A stretch of 64,000 nucleotides of DNA from Alkalispirochaeta sp. (GTDB lineage Bacteria > Spirochaetota > Spirochaetia > DSM-27196 > Alkalispirochaetaceae): positions 1,536,001 to 1,600,000 of the forward strand of contig OZ271854.1 in assembly GCA_965601925.1 (NCBI GenBank), written 5' to 3'. Made by a program: the position numbers and the translations under genes. Positions within the stretch are counted from its first letter, which is position 1, and every line of letters begins with the position of its first letter. The notes under the pieces were generated by a model. It searched no databases, was not told the origin of the DNA, and saw only the letters and a list, made by a program, of their open reading frames with translations. Below, one piece after another: positions 47,048 through 57,361 of the stretch.

Positions 47048-48526
47048 TTAGTATCGATACCAGTCCGGCTTATACGGACCGTCGACCGACACGTTGATGT
47101 ACTCCGCCTGCTCGGGGGTCAGCGTTGTCAGCACGATGCCGAGTTTCTCGAGGTGAAGCCGGGCAACCTCTTCGTCGAGCCGTTTTTCGAGTACCCGCAC
47201 ACCGGGCTCATACGCGTCGCGATTCTGCCACAAATCGATCTGCGCCAACGTTTGGTTCGTGAAGCTGTTGCTCATGACGAAGCTCGGATGGCCCGTTGCG
47301 TTTCCGAGATTCACCAATCGCCCCTCGCTCAAAAGATATATCGCGTGGCCGTCGGAAAAGGTGTACTTATCCACCTGAGGCTTGATCGTCTCGCGCACGA
47401 TGTCCGCAGCGTCGTTCAACTTACCGACCTGAATCTCGTTGTCAAAGTGACCGATATTGGCGACGATCGCCTGATCCTTCATGACCTTCATATGTTCCAA
47501 GGTAATGATGTCCTTGTTACCGGTAGTCGTCACGAAGATATCGATCTCACCGATGACATCCTCGATTCGTTTCACCTCGTATCCCTCCATGGACGCTTGA
47601 AGGGCGCAAATCGGGTCGATCTCGGTCACGATAACGCGCGCGCCTTGGCTGCGAAGGCTCTGGGCGCTGCCCTTTCCGACGTCGCCGTAGCCGCACACCA
47701 ACGCGGTTTTGCCGGCGATCATCACATCGGTGCCGCGCTTAATGCCGTCGATGAGACTCTCGCGACAGCCGTACAAGTTGTCGAACTTACTCTTGGTTAC
47801 GCTGTCGTTCACGTTGATGGCGGGAACGAGAAGCGTTCCGTCCTCGGCCATCTTGTAGAGACGGTGAACGCCGGTGGTCGTCTCCTCGCTCACACCACGC
47901 CATTCGGAGGCGATCTGGTGAAAAAAGCGGGCGTCTTCGTCGTGCACGCGCTTAAGGAGAGCCTTAATAACCGACTCTTCGTGACTCCCCGAGGGAGAAT
48001 CGACCCACGTCGAGCCGTTCTCCATCTCGACACCTTTGTGAATGAGAAGCGTGGCGTCACCGCCGTCGTCGACGATGAGGTTGGGGCCGTGGCCATCCGG
48101 GAAGGAGAGGGCGTTGAGCGTCATCTCCCAGTACTCCTCGAGACTCTCGCCCTTCCAGGCAAAGACCGGCACACCGCGCGGGTCTTCCACGGTACCACCC
48201 GTCTCAGGCTGTCCGACGGCTACCGCTGCGGCGGCGTGATCCTGAGTCGAAAAGATATTGCAGCTCGCCCAGCGGACATCGGCGCCGAGATCAACGAGCG
48301 TCTCAATCAGGACCGCCGTCTGAATCGTCATGTGGAGACTACCGGAGATCCTCACGCCACTCAGCGGCTTTGTCGCACCGTACTTCTCACGCACGGCCAT
48401 GAGCCCCGGCATCTCGTATTCCGCCATTCGGATCTCTTTCCGACCCCATTCGGCGAGGGTAATGTCCTTCACTCGATATGCCGGACGCGTTGCTACGTCA
48501 CGGTGAACATTCGTCTTCATATTCAT
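47048..48526 (-). CDS. ahcY: S-adenosylhomocysteinase
   Basis: [41 protein letters not shown]. Confidence 0.98.
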   Translation of the reverse strand: MNMKTNVHRDVATRPAYRVKDITLAEWGRKEIRMAEYEMPGLMAVREKYGATKPLSGVRISGSLHMTIQTAVLIETLVDLGADVRWASCNIFSTQDHAAAAVAVGQPETGGTVEDPRGVPVFAWKGESLEEYWEMTLNALSFPDGHGPNLIVDDGGDATLLIHKGVEMENGSTWVDSPSGSHEESVIKALLKRVHDEDARFFHQIASEWRGVSEETTTGVHRLYKMAEDGTLLVPAINVNDSVTKSKFDNLYGCRESLIDGIKRGTDVMIAGKTALVCGYGDVGKGSAQSLRSQGARVIVTEIDPICALQASMEGYEVKRIEDVIGEIDIFVTTTGNKDIITLEHMKVMKDQAIVANIGHFDNEIQVGKLNDAADIVRETIKPQVDKYTFSDGHAIYLLSEGRLVNLGNATGHPSFVMSNSFTNQTLAQIDLWQNRDAYEPGVRVLEKRLDEEVARLHLEKLGIVLTTLTPEQAEYINVSVDGPYKPDWYRY

Positions 48527-48654
48527 CGCTCCTTATAGGGTACCGTTGCGAATCCGTTATTGCCTCGTCCGTCATAAGGCGTCCGTGGCCCTCGATCGGC
48601 TACCCGTCTATACTGTAATCGATACGCTCCGCAATGGTATTGTTATTGAGAAAT

Positions 48655-49044
48655 TTAGTCTTCAAGCCCTTCGGTGAATGAGCGATACGCGTCGACGTCC
48701 ATGAGCGAATCGAGTTCCGCCGTGTCCAACGGCTTTATTTTGACGATCCATCCGTCGCCGAACGGCGCACCGTTAATCGTCTCCGGTGTATCCTTGAGAA
48801 CCTCGTTGACTTCCGCAACTTCACCCCCGACCGGTATATACAGATCGCTGGCGGCTTTCACACTCTCCACGACTCCGAAGGTGTCGCCTTTTTTGAGTGT
48901 CGCTCCGACTTCCGGTAACTCAACGAATACCACATCGCCCAGCTCTTCCTGCGCATAGTCGGAGATACCGACGACGACGAGATTGCCCTCGAGGCGGGCC
49001 CATTCGTGACTCTCCTGATACTTAACCGAATCATCAAACGCCAT
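48655..49044 (-). CDS. gcvH: Glycine cleavage system H protein
   Basis: HEWA, GISDYAQEELGDVVFVELP, VESVKAASD lipoyl Lys. Confidence 0.96.
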   Translation of the reverse strand: MAFDDSVKYQESHEWARLEGNLVVVGISDYAQEELGDVVFVELPEVGATLKKGDTFGVVESVKAASDLYIPVGGEVAEVNEVLKDTPETINGAPFGDGWIVKIKPLDTAELDSLMDVDAYRSFTEGLED

Positions 49045-49070
49045 GCTGCTCTCCTCTCTTTTTCCACCAG

Positions 49071-49229
49071 TTATCCACAGAGTGCCCTAACACGCAACAA
49101 ACATTTAGTAGACAGAACTCTTACATACACCGGACTGATAGTGTCAATTTTGTCGCTTTAATCAATTATATCGGCGATATACTCTACGCTTGTGTGCTTG
49201 ATGCGAAGTTTATCCACAACATTTCCACA
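49071..49229. promoter_or_regulatory. Distal DnaA-box group
   Basis: TTATCCACA at 49071-49079 and 49210-49218; atttccaca at 49221-49229. Confidence 0.7.
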
Positions 49230-49239
49230 ATTGCAGGCG

Positions 49240-49938
49240 TTACGATCCTCGATAGAAGATCCGTACTTGCTTGTAGAGCCCGTCGCCCTCGCTTTCGGTA
49301 CCGATACTCTCAATGTTGTTCAGTGTAGTATGAATCAAGCGTCTTTCAAAGGGATTCATCGGTTCCAATAGCTTACTGCCGCGCGTTCGCTGTACCTGAT
49401 CGGCGACTTTTTGGGCGAGACGAACGAGCTGCTCTTCGCGTCGTGCGCGATACCCTTCGGTATCCAGGACAATCTTGATCTCCGCATCCTCAAACCGGCT
49501 CGCCACGACGTTGGCCAATAGCTGCAGCGCGTCGAGGTTCTTTCCCTTGCGACCAATGAGAATGTTGGCGTGTGTGGTGTCCATGCGGAGACCCAGTTTG
49601 TTGGGCTCGCGATACATGATCTTGATATCGGCGGGAAATCCCATCTTCTCGGTAACGGTCGTCATGAAGTCAACGACGGCGTGCTCGAAATCGGTCTCCG
49701 GCTCCTGGCTGCTCGCAGCGCGCGCAACGCGACTGTCGAGCTCGTGGGCCTCGTCTCCGTCAACACCGGGCTCGCCGGCGAGGTGGACGCGGATCTTAAC
49801 CGACTTGCTTCGTCCGAACAGTCCGCCTTTTTGCATCTCGACGATCTCAACTTCAAACTCGTGCCGTTCCAGGCCCAATGCGTCGACCGCTGCATCGATC
49901 GCCTCCTGTTCGGAGCGACCCTCAAACTCTCTTACCAT
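49240..49938 (-). CDS. jag: Jag/KhpB RNA-binding protein
   Basis: Jag_N (KGGLFG), KH (LIGRKGKNLDALQ), R3H (ERRLIH). Confidence 0.95.
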   Translation of the reverse strand: MVREFEGRSEQEAIDAAVDALGLERHEFEVEIVEMQKGGLFGRSKSVKIRVHLAGEPGVDGDEAHELDSRVARAASSQEPETDFEHAVVDFMTTVTEKMGFPADIKIMYREPNKLGLRMDTTHANILIGRKGKNLDALQLLANVVASRFEDAEIKIVLDTEGYRARREEQLVRLAQKVADQVQRTRGSKLLEPMNPFERRLIHTTLNNIESIGTESEGDGLYKQVRIFYRGS

Positions 49939-49941
49939 ATA

Positions 49942-51696
49942 CTACTCCGTTGCTTGTTGTTTGCGCCGTTGGTTGATGAAGTACTGCTGCCCGACGGTGA
50001 GAAAGTTGGAGAATATCCAGTACACGAGAAGACCGCTGGGCATATTGTATAGAATAAAGAAGAACATGATCGGCATGCCATACTGCATCATCTTCATCTG
50101 TCCCGCACTGGATCCCGCTGCGGGGTTCTGCATCAGCTTACTGGAAAACAACTGACTCGCGACAAATATAATCGGCAACAGTCTCAGGTCGTTCCATCCG
50201 AGAAAAGGAATGGTAAAACTGCCGAAATTGAGCACCGATTCGGGGGCCGAAAGGTCGGTAATCCACCCGGGAATGAACGTAGCGCCACGCAGATCGAAGT
50301 GGTTGTTGAATACACCGAACATAGCGATGAAAAAAGGAAACTGAAGGGCCAGGGGAAGACACCCACCCAGGGGATTGACACCCTCCTTCTTGTACAAGTT
50401 AGCCATCGCCTCGTTCATCTTTTGGGGGTTGTCCTTGTACTTTTCCCTGATCTCCTGGATCTTTGGATTGAGGGTCTGCATCTTGCCGGTGCTCTCGTAG
50501 CTCTTGTGGGTAAGCGGCCAGAGGGCAACCTTAACCAGAATCGTCAGAATGATGATGGCGATTCCGTAGTTGGGCACGAACCGATGGATCTGCTCCATCA
50601 GAAACTTCAGGATCGTCTCGAGCCACCCGAACAACACCCGGCTATCCTGTACGCGTTGGAGTTCCAGATTGCGGAGTCCCAAAGCGTTGTCGTCGACGTC
50701 GTTGTAGCGCTCGAGCACCCTCGTAACCTTAGGACCGACGTAGAATCGGTACACGTCGCGGTTGGCGGCGGAGCGAATCACCGGCCGCGTGATCGCGAGA
50801 GAATGGCCGTCGCGCAACCCCGCCGGTGTCTGGTTGGAGAAGGTCCACTCATAGTCCAAAGCGCCGGGAATCCCGATCACGGCAAAATACTTGCCCGCAA
50901 GCGCGGCCCACTGGACGCGTTCGGTAAGTGTTTCGCGGTCCTCGTTACGCATCCGGATGTTTCGCCGGCGATCACCGTCGAAGTAGTGAAAATTGCGGAA
51001 CTCGTTCCTGTTGTCCAGTTCCTGATACGACGGACCGATCTGCGGACCGTACGATATCGTGTAGGCGTGCCCGTCAAAATCGAGGGGAATCAGTGCATTA
51101 ATCGAGTTCTGGATCTCGACCGCTACTTCCAGCAAATACTCACCGGGATAGAAGCGATACGTTCGCGTTATGGTAAACGGCTGTTCGCTCGCCCCTTCGA
51201 CGAAGAAATCTCGCGCAAAGACGATCGTATTGCTGTCGGTGGTGTCGACGCGGCGAAAGAGGGTTCGCACCGGTGGATTATCGGCGCCTCCGAAATGGAG
51301 CTCGAACGCTCCGATATCCGTCTCGCCCCGCATCACCATTTCTACCGGGCCCTCGCCGTCGAGATGTTCCAACAGTTGCAACGACACGACGCGTGCGCCG
51401 GCGGGGTCGAAGGTAACGCGCATCAGATCGTTTTCATATATCACCGGGTCCACCGATAGATTCTCTATCGGGGTAGGGGATATGGGATTTCCGAGCATCT
51501 GTTGGGCGAACGGTGGAGGAGTCGACGATTGCTCGCCGTCGAGCGGTTGCTCTCGTATCGCGCCATCGGAATCGGCCGGTGACGCGGTGGGTGCATCGGT
51601 GGCCGGCTGCGGCGGATACAGAATGTTCTGTATCATGAAACCGGCCGTGATAACGATTACCGAGAGAACAACCGCGAGAAGGGTGTTCTTTTCCAT
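49942..51696 (-). CDS. yidC: Membrane protein insertase
   Basis: NYGIAIIILT, GVNPLGGCLP, WITDLSAP, PSGLLVYW. Confidence 0.97.
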   Translation of the reverse strand: MEKNTLLAVVLSVIVITAGFMIQNILYPPQPATDAPTASPADSDGAIREQPLDGEQSSTPPPFAQQMLGNPISPTPIENLSVDPVIYENDLMRVTFDPAGARVVSLQLLEHLDGEGPVEMVMRGETDIGAFELHFGGADNPPVRTLFRRVDTTDSNTIVFARDFFVEGASEQPFTITRTYRFYPGEYLLEVAVEIQNSINALIPLDFDGHAYTISYGPQIGPSYQELDNRNEFRNFHYFDGDRRRNIRMRNEDRETLTERVQWAALAGKYFAVIGIPGALDYEWTFSNQTPAGLRDGHSLAITRPVIRSAANRDVYRFYVGPKVTRVLERYNDVDDNALGLRNLELQRVQDSRVLFGWLETILKFLMEQIHRFVPNYGIAIIILTILVKVALWPLTHKSYESTGKMQTLNPKIQEIREKYKDNPQKMNEAMANLYKKEGVNPLGGCLPLALQFPFFIAMFGVFNNHFDLRGATFIPGWITDLSAPESVLNFGSFTIPFLGWNDLRLLPIIFVASQLFSSKLMQNPAAGSSAGQMKMMQYGMPIMFFFILYNMPSGLLVYWIFSNFLTVGQQYFINQRRKQQATE

Positions 51697-51698
51697 TG

Positions 51699-52052
51699 CT
51701 ATTCCTTATGTGATCGGATCAGGCCCGATCGATGTAACAGTGTCTCCACCTGTGAGCGACGATCCGAGAAGCCGAACGAACCGGGATACAGAACGAAAGC
51801 GAGGTCGTAGGTGCCATCGATGTCCGCCTTACACAAGCGATACGCTTCACGGACCAAGCGTCGAGCTCTATTGCGTTCGATCGCATTCGCAAAGCGGCGC
51901 GTGGCGGCGAACAAAACGCGACTCCACCCCACGTCGTTCGGAACGACACGGAGGTGAAGCCCCGTTATTCGATACACGTCCTTGCAAGCAAAGACGCGTG
52001 TGATGTCACGTCTCCGTCGTAAGATCTCCGCCTTAGTAAGGCTTTTTCTCAT
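51699..52052 (-). CDS. rnpA: RNase P protein component
   Basis: [21 protein letters not shown] motif. Confidence 0.92.
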   Translation of the reverse strand: MRKSLTKAEILRRRRDITRVFACKDVYRITGLHLRVVPNDVGWSRVLFAATRRFANAIERNRARRLVREAYRLCKADIDGTYDLAFVLYPGSFGFSDRRSQVETLLHRSGLIRSHKE

Positions 52053-52188
52053 CCGCAACGGTCAGTTTTGTACGGCCCTTGGCGCGACGGCGCTTCAGGA
52101 CGAGTCGACCGCCCTTCGTCTTCATTCGGGCACGAAATCCAAACTTGCGGTTACGTTTGACGCGACTCGGCTGATAAGTCCGTTTCAT
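52033..52188 (-). CDS. rpmH: 50S ribosomal protein L34 (51 aa; below ORF-track cutoff)
   Basis: Manual translation [51 protein letters not shown]. Confidence 0.97.
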   Translation of the reverse strand: MKRTYQPSRVKRNRKFGFRARMKTKGGRLVLKRRRAKGRTKLTVADEKKPY

Positions 52189-52266
52189 CGCTTAACTCCT
52201 CATTTGAACGTAACAGGTGGCGAAGTATACCGATCGTAATCCTGCCATGTCAATCGAGGTGAATCG

Positions 52267-54183
52267 TTGAAAACTCTTAATTCGGAGTTTAGATTTGTGT
52301 ATATGAAACGCCGCTCAGTTCTCGCAATTCTTGGGGCTAATCTTGTGCTGCCGATGTTCTTCGGTGCCTTCGTCCGAGAACAATTCGTGGGTCTATTCAA
52401 TCCTCATCTCGATATGTCGGTGGGTGAACGTATTGTCTTCTCGTTCCGGCCGATTAACTTCGGCGCGGTAATAGTCTTCGGCACGTTGGCGCACGTCCTC
52501 GTAATGAGCCTGCTTCGCCCGCTCAACCTCTATATCAAAGGCCGCGAAGACCTCTATGAAAAGGCGCGTCGGGCGGCAATCCGTATTCCGTGGTATCTGA
52601 TGGGTTTGCAGGTGATTCTTTGGATAGCCGGCGTCACGGCGGTATACGGAATACTCTACCAATGGGACTCTCCGGGGGGAATCAGTTACGGCAAGGCGAT
52701 TCTCAACTCGGTAGCCACCGCACTTATCACCGGTCTTGCGGTCGCGCTCGCAATCAACGTGACTCTCGTGGAGTACAAGCAAAAACTCCGAATGACCTCC
52801 ATCCGAGAAGACGAAAAGGATATCTTTCTCGAGCTGAAAGACTATCTGATTCTCCTCGCCGTAGCCGTCAACATCGGTGTCTTCTTCGATCATATCGCCT
52901 ATTTCTACCGGACGGCGGAGTCGATCCCGGCGGCGTTGGAAAACCACTCCGGGGCGATACTTCTCGTTACCCTCTTCTACTCTCTCGTTCTCGTCGGACT
53001 GCTTGCCGTCTCGCGTCGGGAGATTTCCAAGCAACACAGCTTCCTTACGATGCGCCTCAAGGAGCTTGCCGAAGCGTCGAGCGACCTCACGCGCCCGATG
53101 TATCTTCTGAACTTCGACGAGCTGGGACGTATTACGGAACTGATGAATAGTTTCATATCGTCGTTACGCTCCCTCGTGGGGACGATCGTCGACGAGATAG
53201 AGAGCCTCCGGCACTCCGAGGAAGCGTTGGAAAAGGCCGTGGCCGAGGTCGACGTACAGGCCGCGAGCAACGGCTCCACGGTAGAGCAGGCCTCCAAACG
53301 CCTCGCCTCGACCAGAGAGGCGATCGACGCCTCCACACAGGCGGTTGCGGCGATCAGCGAGGGCGTCTCGTCTCTCGATCAGCAGATCGAGGAACAGTCG
53401 AGCGCCGTAGAGGAGTCTTCGGCGGCGGTCGAGGAGATGGTCGCCGGCGTACAATCGATCGGAAAGACGGTTCGCGACCTGGAGCAAATCTTCGGAGAAC
53501 TTCAAGGGTCGGTGCGTGCGAGTAGAGATCGGATGCTGTCGTTCAATCAACGCATGCAAGAGGTCGTCGTCAACGCCGAGAGTCTACAGGAGGCGAACCG
53601 CCTGATCAGTCAGGTCGCGAGCCAGACCAATCTCCTGGCGATGAATGCCGCGATCGAAGCCGCACACGCCGGAGAGGCGGGGCGGGGCTTCGCGGTCGTC
53701 GCCGAAGAGATTCGTAGCCTTGCCGAGAGCGCGACGGTCCAAAGTAAGCAGATCAAAGAGGCGCTTAACGCAACGACGGGGCTCATCGACTCCATCGCCC
53801 GGGACATGCAGGAGAGCGTCGGTACCTCGGAACGCATGGCGGAGCTTCTGGAAAACACGCGGGAGATTCAAAATGTCGTGCTCAACGGCCTTACCGAACA
53901 GCAGGCCGGCAGTCAGGAGGTGCTCACCGCCCTTCAGACGATGCGCGAGTCGACTATGACCGTCAAGCAGGCCGCCAGCGCGATGAACAACGATACGGAG
54001 TCGGTAAACCGCAGAATCAGCGAGCTCGCAGAAATCAGCGGTGATCTCGGGCACGCGATGAAGATGGTACGGGAGAGCAGCGTCAGCAACGCGCAATCGG
54101 TATCGGCGATGAAAGAGGAAAGCGGACGAACGCAGACGTCCTTGAGCCGAATCGCCGAGTTAATCGACGGTTTCCGGGTATAG
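52267..54183 (+). CDS. Methyl-accepting chemotaxis protein, multi-TM sensor
   Basis: About six TM segments, HAMP-like region, QTNLLAMNAAIEAAHAGEAGRGFAVVAEEIRSLAE. Confidence 0.95.
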   Translation: MKTLNSEFRFVYMKRRSVLAILGANLVLPMFFGAFVREQFVGLFNPHLDMSVGERIVFSFRPINFGAVIVFGTLAHVLVMSLLRPLNLYIKGREDLYEKARRAAIRIPWYLMGLQVILWIAGVTAVYGILYQWDSPGGISYGKAILNSVATALITGLAVALAINVTLVEYKQKLRMTSIREDEKDIFLELKDYLILLAVAVNIGVFFDHIAYFYRTAESIPAALENHSGAILLVTLFYSLVLVGLLAVSRREISKQHSFLTMRLKELAEASSDLTRPMYLLNFDELGRITELMNSFISSLRSLVGTIVDEIESLRHSEEALEKAVAEVDVQAASNGSTVEQASKRLASTREAIDASTQAVAAISEGVSSLDQQIEEQSSAVEESSAAVEEMVAGVQSIGKTVRDLEQIFGELQGSVRASRDRMLSFNQRMQEVVVNAESLQEANRLISQVASQTNLLAMNAAIEAAHAGEAGRGFAVVAEEIRSLAESATVQSKQIKEALNATTGLIDSIARDMQESVGTSERMAELLENTREIQNVVLNGLTEQQAGSQEVLTALQTMRESTMTVKQAASAMNNDTESVNRRISELAEISGDLGHAMKMVRESSVSNAQSVSAMKEESGRTQTSLSRIAELIDGFRV

Positions 54184-54224
54184 CGGGCGGCGCGTTCTCG
54201 ACGGCACGCGTTTTCAACCGACCG

Positions 54225-54332
54225 TTGGTGAATGGCCGTGAGTCGGTGCTCAGCAGACGGAGTTGGTTGCGTTCCTCGTACCTGCGGTACGCAACCGGTC
54301 TGAAGTCGCACCGCCACCCGGCCATTCACCAA
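54225..54332 (-). repeat. Structured dispersed element, copy 2, bounded by 14-bp perfect inverted repeat
   Basis: ttggtgaatggccg ... cggccattcaccaa; core homologous to 21546-21615. Confidence 0.75.
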
Positions 54333-54386
54333 TATGAGCGAATTCTGTGCCCGATGCCGCTTGACGGATTGTGGGAAGAGGCGGAA

Positions 54387-54914
54387 CTATGCGTCGCCGC
54401 GGCGGCGTTCGTTCTCCTCGAGCGCGCGACGCAGACCGCTCAGGTGCCGTTGAAACTCGCTATCCTCCGCCGAAGATCCCATCGAGTGGCCGGTTTCGGA
54501 CTCCCGCGCCGCGCGGACACTCTTCGTCCCACCTTCACGTTTCGTATCGTCGACGGCAGGCGCGTCGTCACCGTTGCTCGGCGTGCTCCCGTCGTGCTGC
54601 ATGGGGACGTCCAGATGCTCCACGATCGTGAACGCGAGATATCGCGCGCCGAGGCTCGGAAATCGTCGCTGTATGGTCGCAACGATGCGGGTCCGATCCA
54701 TGTGCAGCCGTTGTACCCACGCCGGATGATCGACCCCCACGAGAACCGTTCCGTTTCGAATATCGAGTATCTTCGAGTGTGCGGCGCGGTCGCGCCCCAC
54801 GATACGCGGCCACGCGCGAACGAAGGGAACGACGCCCGTCTCATCGCGAGCCCCGACGGTGTCGATGAACCGCGTGATCAACTCACTGACTTTGTTCTCG
54901 CCTGAGTATGCCAT
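54387..54914 (-). CDS. dciA: DUF721/DciA family protein
   Basis: AWPRIVG...HSKILDIRNGTVLVGVDHPAWVQRL; downstream of recF. Confidence 0.85.
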   Translation of the reverse strand: MAYSGENKVSELITRFIDTVGARDETGVVPFVRAWPRIVGRDRAAHSKILDIRNGTVLVGVDHPAWVQRLHMDRTRIVATIQRRFPSLGARYLAFTIVEHLDVPMQHDGSTPSNGDDAPAVDDTKREGGTKSVRAARESETGHSMGSSAEDSEFQRHLSGLRRALEENERRRGDA

Positions 54915-55971
54915 CCTCAACCGAATATACCAGCGTATCGGCAGTACGATAAGCGTCGTACGGCTCACCGGGCAGAAACGTAAAAACGCGCTGCTCCGAA
55001 TCGGGTAGTTGCTCGACAAAAAGCGCGCGTCGCCTCGGGTCAAGCTCGAGGAGAACGTCGTCCAAGAGAAGCACCGGAAGACGGTGTGTCGCCTGCGAAA
55101 AAAATCGTGCCTGTGCCGTACGTAGAATCAAAGCTACTAAGCGCGTCTGTCCGGTTGAGGCGATGTGCATGAAGTCGTGCCCGTCGTATCGAAAGAGTAC
55201 GCGATCGCGATGCGGCCCGCTGGTCGTCGTGCGAAGTGCATACTCCTGGTCACGCCGCTCCTCGAGATGTCTCAGCACCGCATCCACCGAATCGAGATCG
55301 CGCCAACTCGGGCGATAATCCAGTATCAGCTCCGAGTCGAGCTCCGATATGAGACGGAAGGTGCGCGAAAAGACGTGGTTAAAGGCCTCCAGAACGCTCC
55401 GACGACGACGTTGAATCTCGAGGCCCACCTCGGCCAGCTCGATATCGTACACCGGCAGGAGATCGGTCATTCCCTCCTTGATGGCCTGATTGCGATTTCT
55501 CAAGATGCGCCGATAGCGTCTGAGATCGTCGATGTAGGTAGGCTGATACATGCTGAGAGTCTGATCGACGAACCAGCGCTGCATCTCGGGAGGGCCGTTC
55601 ACAAAAGCCATATCGTCGTGCCGAAAAGCGACCGACGGGATCAAAGAGACCATATCGCGGCGATCCTGAACGGGAGTGTCGTCGAGAGTGATACGTTTAC
55701 GTCCGTCCTGCCACCGAATCTCCAACCGATGCCGCCCGTCGCGACCGTCGAACAGACCGTCGACGGCCATTTCGCGTTCGCCCAAGCGGCACAACTCGCT
55801 GTCGCGGCGCGTGCGAAAGCTCCCGCCGTAGCTCAAAAGGTATAGGCTTTCCAGGAAGTTGCTTTTTCCCTGCCCGTTACGGCCGATCAAGAAGATTTGC
55901 CGCGCCGGAAGGTCGAGGAAGCCGTCTTGCAGGTTTCGAAATTGGTAGTAGCGGACCCGTTCGAATCCCAC
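54883..55971 (-). CDS. recF: DNA replication/repair protein RecF
   Basis: FRNL, GRNGQGKSN, GPHRD, STGQ, LLLDDVLLELD. Confidence 0.96.
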   Translation of the reverse strand: MGFERVRYYQFRNLQDGFLDLPARQIFLIGRNGQGKSNFLESLYLLSYGGSFRTRRDSELCRLGEREMAVDGLFDGRDGRHRLEIRWQDGRKRITLDDTPVQDRRDMVSLIPSVAFRHDDMAFVNGPPEMQRWFVDQTLSMYQPTYIDDLRRYRRILRNRNQAIKEGMTDLLPVYDIELAEVGLEIQRRRRSVLEAFNHVFSRTFRLISELDSELILDYRPSWRDLDSVDAVLRHLEERRDQEYALRTTTSGPHRDRVLFRYDGHDFMHIASTGQTRLVALILRTAQARFFSQATHRLPVLLLDDVLLELDPRRRALFVEQLPDSEQRVFTFLPGEPYDAYRTADTLVYSVEDGILRREQSQ

Positions 55972-55985
55972 TCATTACCGACCGA

Positions 55986-57101
55986 CTACTGGATCTGCAT
56001 CGGCATCACGATATGAAAGTAGTTACCCTGCGGCTCCGAGTAGATCGTGATGGCCTTGTTCGCCTCGGTAAAGTGAATCGAGATCGCGTTGGAGTCGATT
56101 ACGCGCAGCGGCTCGACGAGATACGTGTAGTTGAGAGCCAGCGTCGTCTCCGGACCGTCGTACTCCACCGCGATATCCTCTCTGGCGACACCGACTTCGC
56201 TCTCCTCGCTCCGCAGATGCATCTCTCCCGGCGAGAGACCGAGGTAGATCCGCCGCGACTTCTCTACCAGTAGTGATACGCGCTTGAGCGCCTCCACAAG
56301 CTCGTTCTTGTCGAGGAGAACCGAGTGGTGTTGATGCTCGGGAATGACGCGGCGATAGTTGGGAAATTGCCCGTCGATGAGTGCCGAGGAGACGAGGTGA
56401 TCCTCAAACTCGAAGAACACGTGCTTATCCGCCACCGCCATGCGTAAGGTTCCCTCGCCGCTGGCGAGCTTGCGTACGAGGTTGAGTACTTTGGGAGGTA
56501 TGATGACGCCGGGAAACCCGCTCACGCTCGACGCCATCTCTTGGCTGATATAGGAAAGCCGTCGCCCGTCGGTCGCAACCATGACGAGCTTACTCTCATC
56601 GGGCTCGAGATAGACGCCGTTCATGAAAAAGCGCGTCTCGTCGTCGGATACGGCAAAAGCGGTCTGAGAAACCATCTCGACGAACTCGTTCTGGGGAAAC
56701 TCGAAATATCCGTCCTCGGGTGCGCGCGTTTGAATTTCGGGAAACTTGTCCGCGGAGATACTGCGAAGCTGGAAATCGATTTTCTTGAACTTTGGTCGAA
56801 TGACGAAGTTGTCACCGGTGCTTTGTGCGTTCTGCTCGAACTCGATGTCTCCCGAGGGAACCGAGCGGAGAATACCGAGAAGCTTGTCACAGAACACGGT
56901 GGTTACACCTGGTTCTACGACCGTTACCGGAATGGTCGTTTCGAAGCTGACCTTCAGATCGGTAGCCCGTACCGTCAACGTCCCATCCTCGGCATGAAGC
57001 AAGACGTTGGATAGGATCGACATGTTAGAACGCGATGCGATGATCTCCTGAGCGACCTGGATTTCACGAATAATGGGATCTCGTTCTACGGTGAATTTCA
57101 C
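55986..57101 (-). CDS. dnaN: DNA polymerase III beta clamp
   Basis: ATDL, VSDDETRFFMNGV, VATDGRRL, GQFPNY, VMPM. Confidence 0.98.
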   Translation of the reverse strand: MKFTVERDPIIREIQVAQEIIASRSNMSILSNVLLHAEDGTLTVRATDLKVSFETTIPVTVVEPGVTTVFCDKLLGILRSVPSGDIEFEQNAQSTGDNFVIRPKFKKIDFQLRSISADKFPEIQTRAPEDGYFEFPQNEFVEMVSQTAFAVSDDETRFFMNGVYLEPDESKLVMVATDGRRLSYISQEMASSVSGFPGVIIPPKVLNLVRKLASGEGTLRMAVADKHVFFEFEDHLVSSALIDGQFPNYRRVIPEHQHHSVLLDKNELVEALKRVSLLVEKSRRIYLGLSPGEMHLRSEESEVGVAREDIAVEYDGPETTLALNYTYLVEPLRVIDSNAISIHFTEANKAITIYSEPQGNYFHIVMPMQIQ

Positions 57102-57127
57102 GGGTATTCAGGCTCCTTTCCATTGCG

Positions 57128-57320
57128 GATTATATATAAAAGATAGTAGTAGCAGTAGTAGGGTACCGGGATTTGTGGAAAATGGGCTCAAATCATTCTC
57201 GGACCATGAAATAGAAGCATAATAACCCAGACCCTCTTTTCCCGACTTTGTCCACATATTCCCGGCGTACCGAGATATCCCGTTGTTATCCAAGCGATTC
57301 CCCATATCTATCCACATAAT
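57128..57320. other. oriC unwinding sub-region (DnaA boxes, DnaA-trios, AT-rich tract)
   Basis: Minus strand TTTTCCACA-aatcccggtacc-CTACTACTGCTACTACTA-tcttttatatataat; further degenerate boxes ttgtccaca, ctatccaca. Confidence 0.85.
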
Positions 57321-57361
57321 CTTATGGTTGAATCGGTCCGCCGTATCGCCCCGGGAGGCGA

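Noticed and set aside
47012..48538. Long antisense ORFs (e.g. 47012-48538 +, 684-1670 -, 6513-7673 +, 50299-51459 +, 57464-58495 +, 60505-61521 -)
   Set aside because: Shadow frames of well-supported genes; high-GC codon bias depletes stops on the opposite strand; no recognisable motifs
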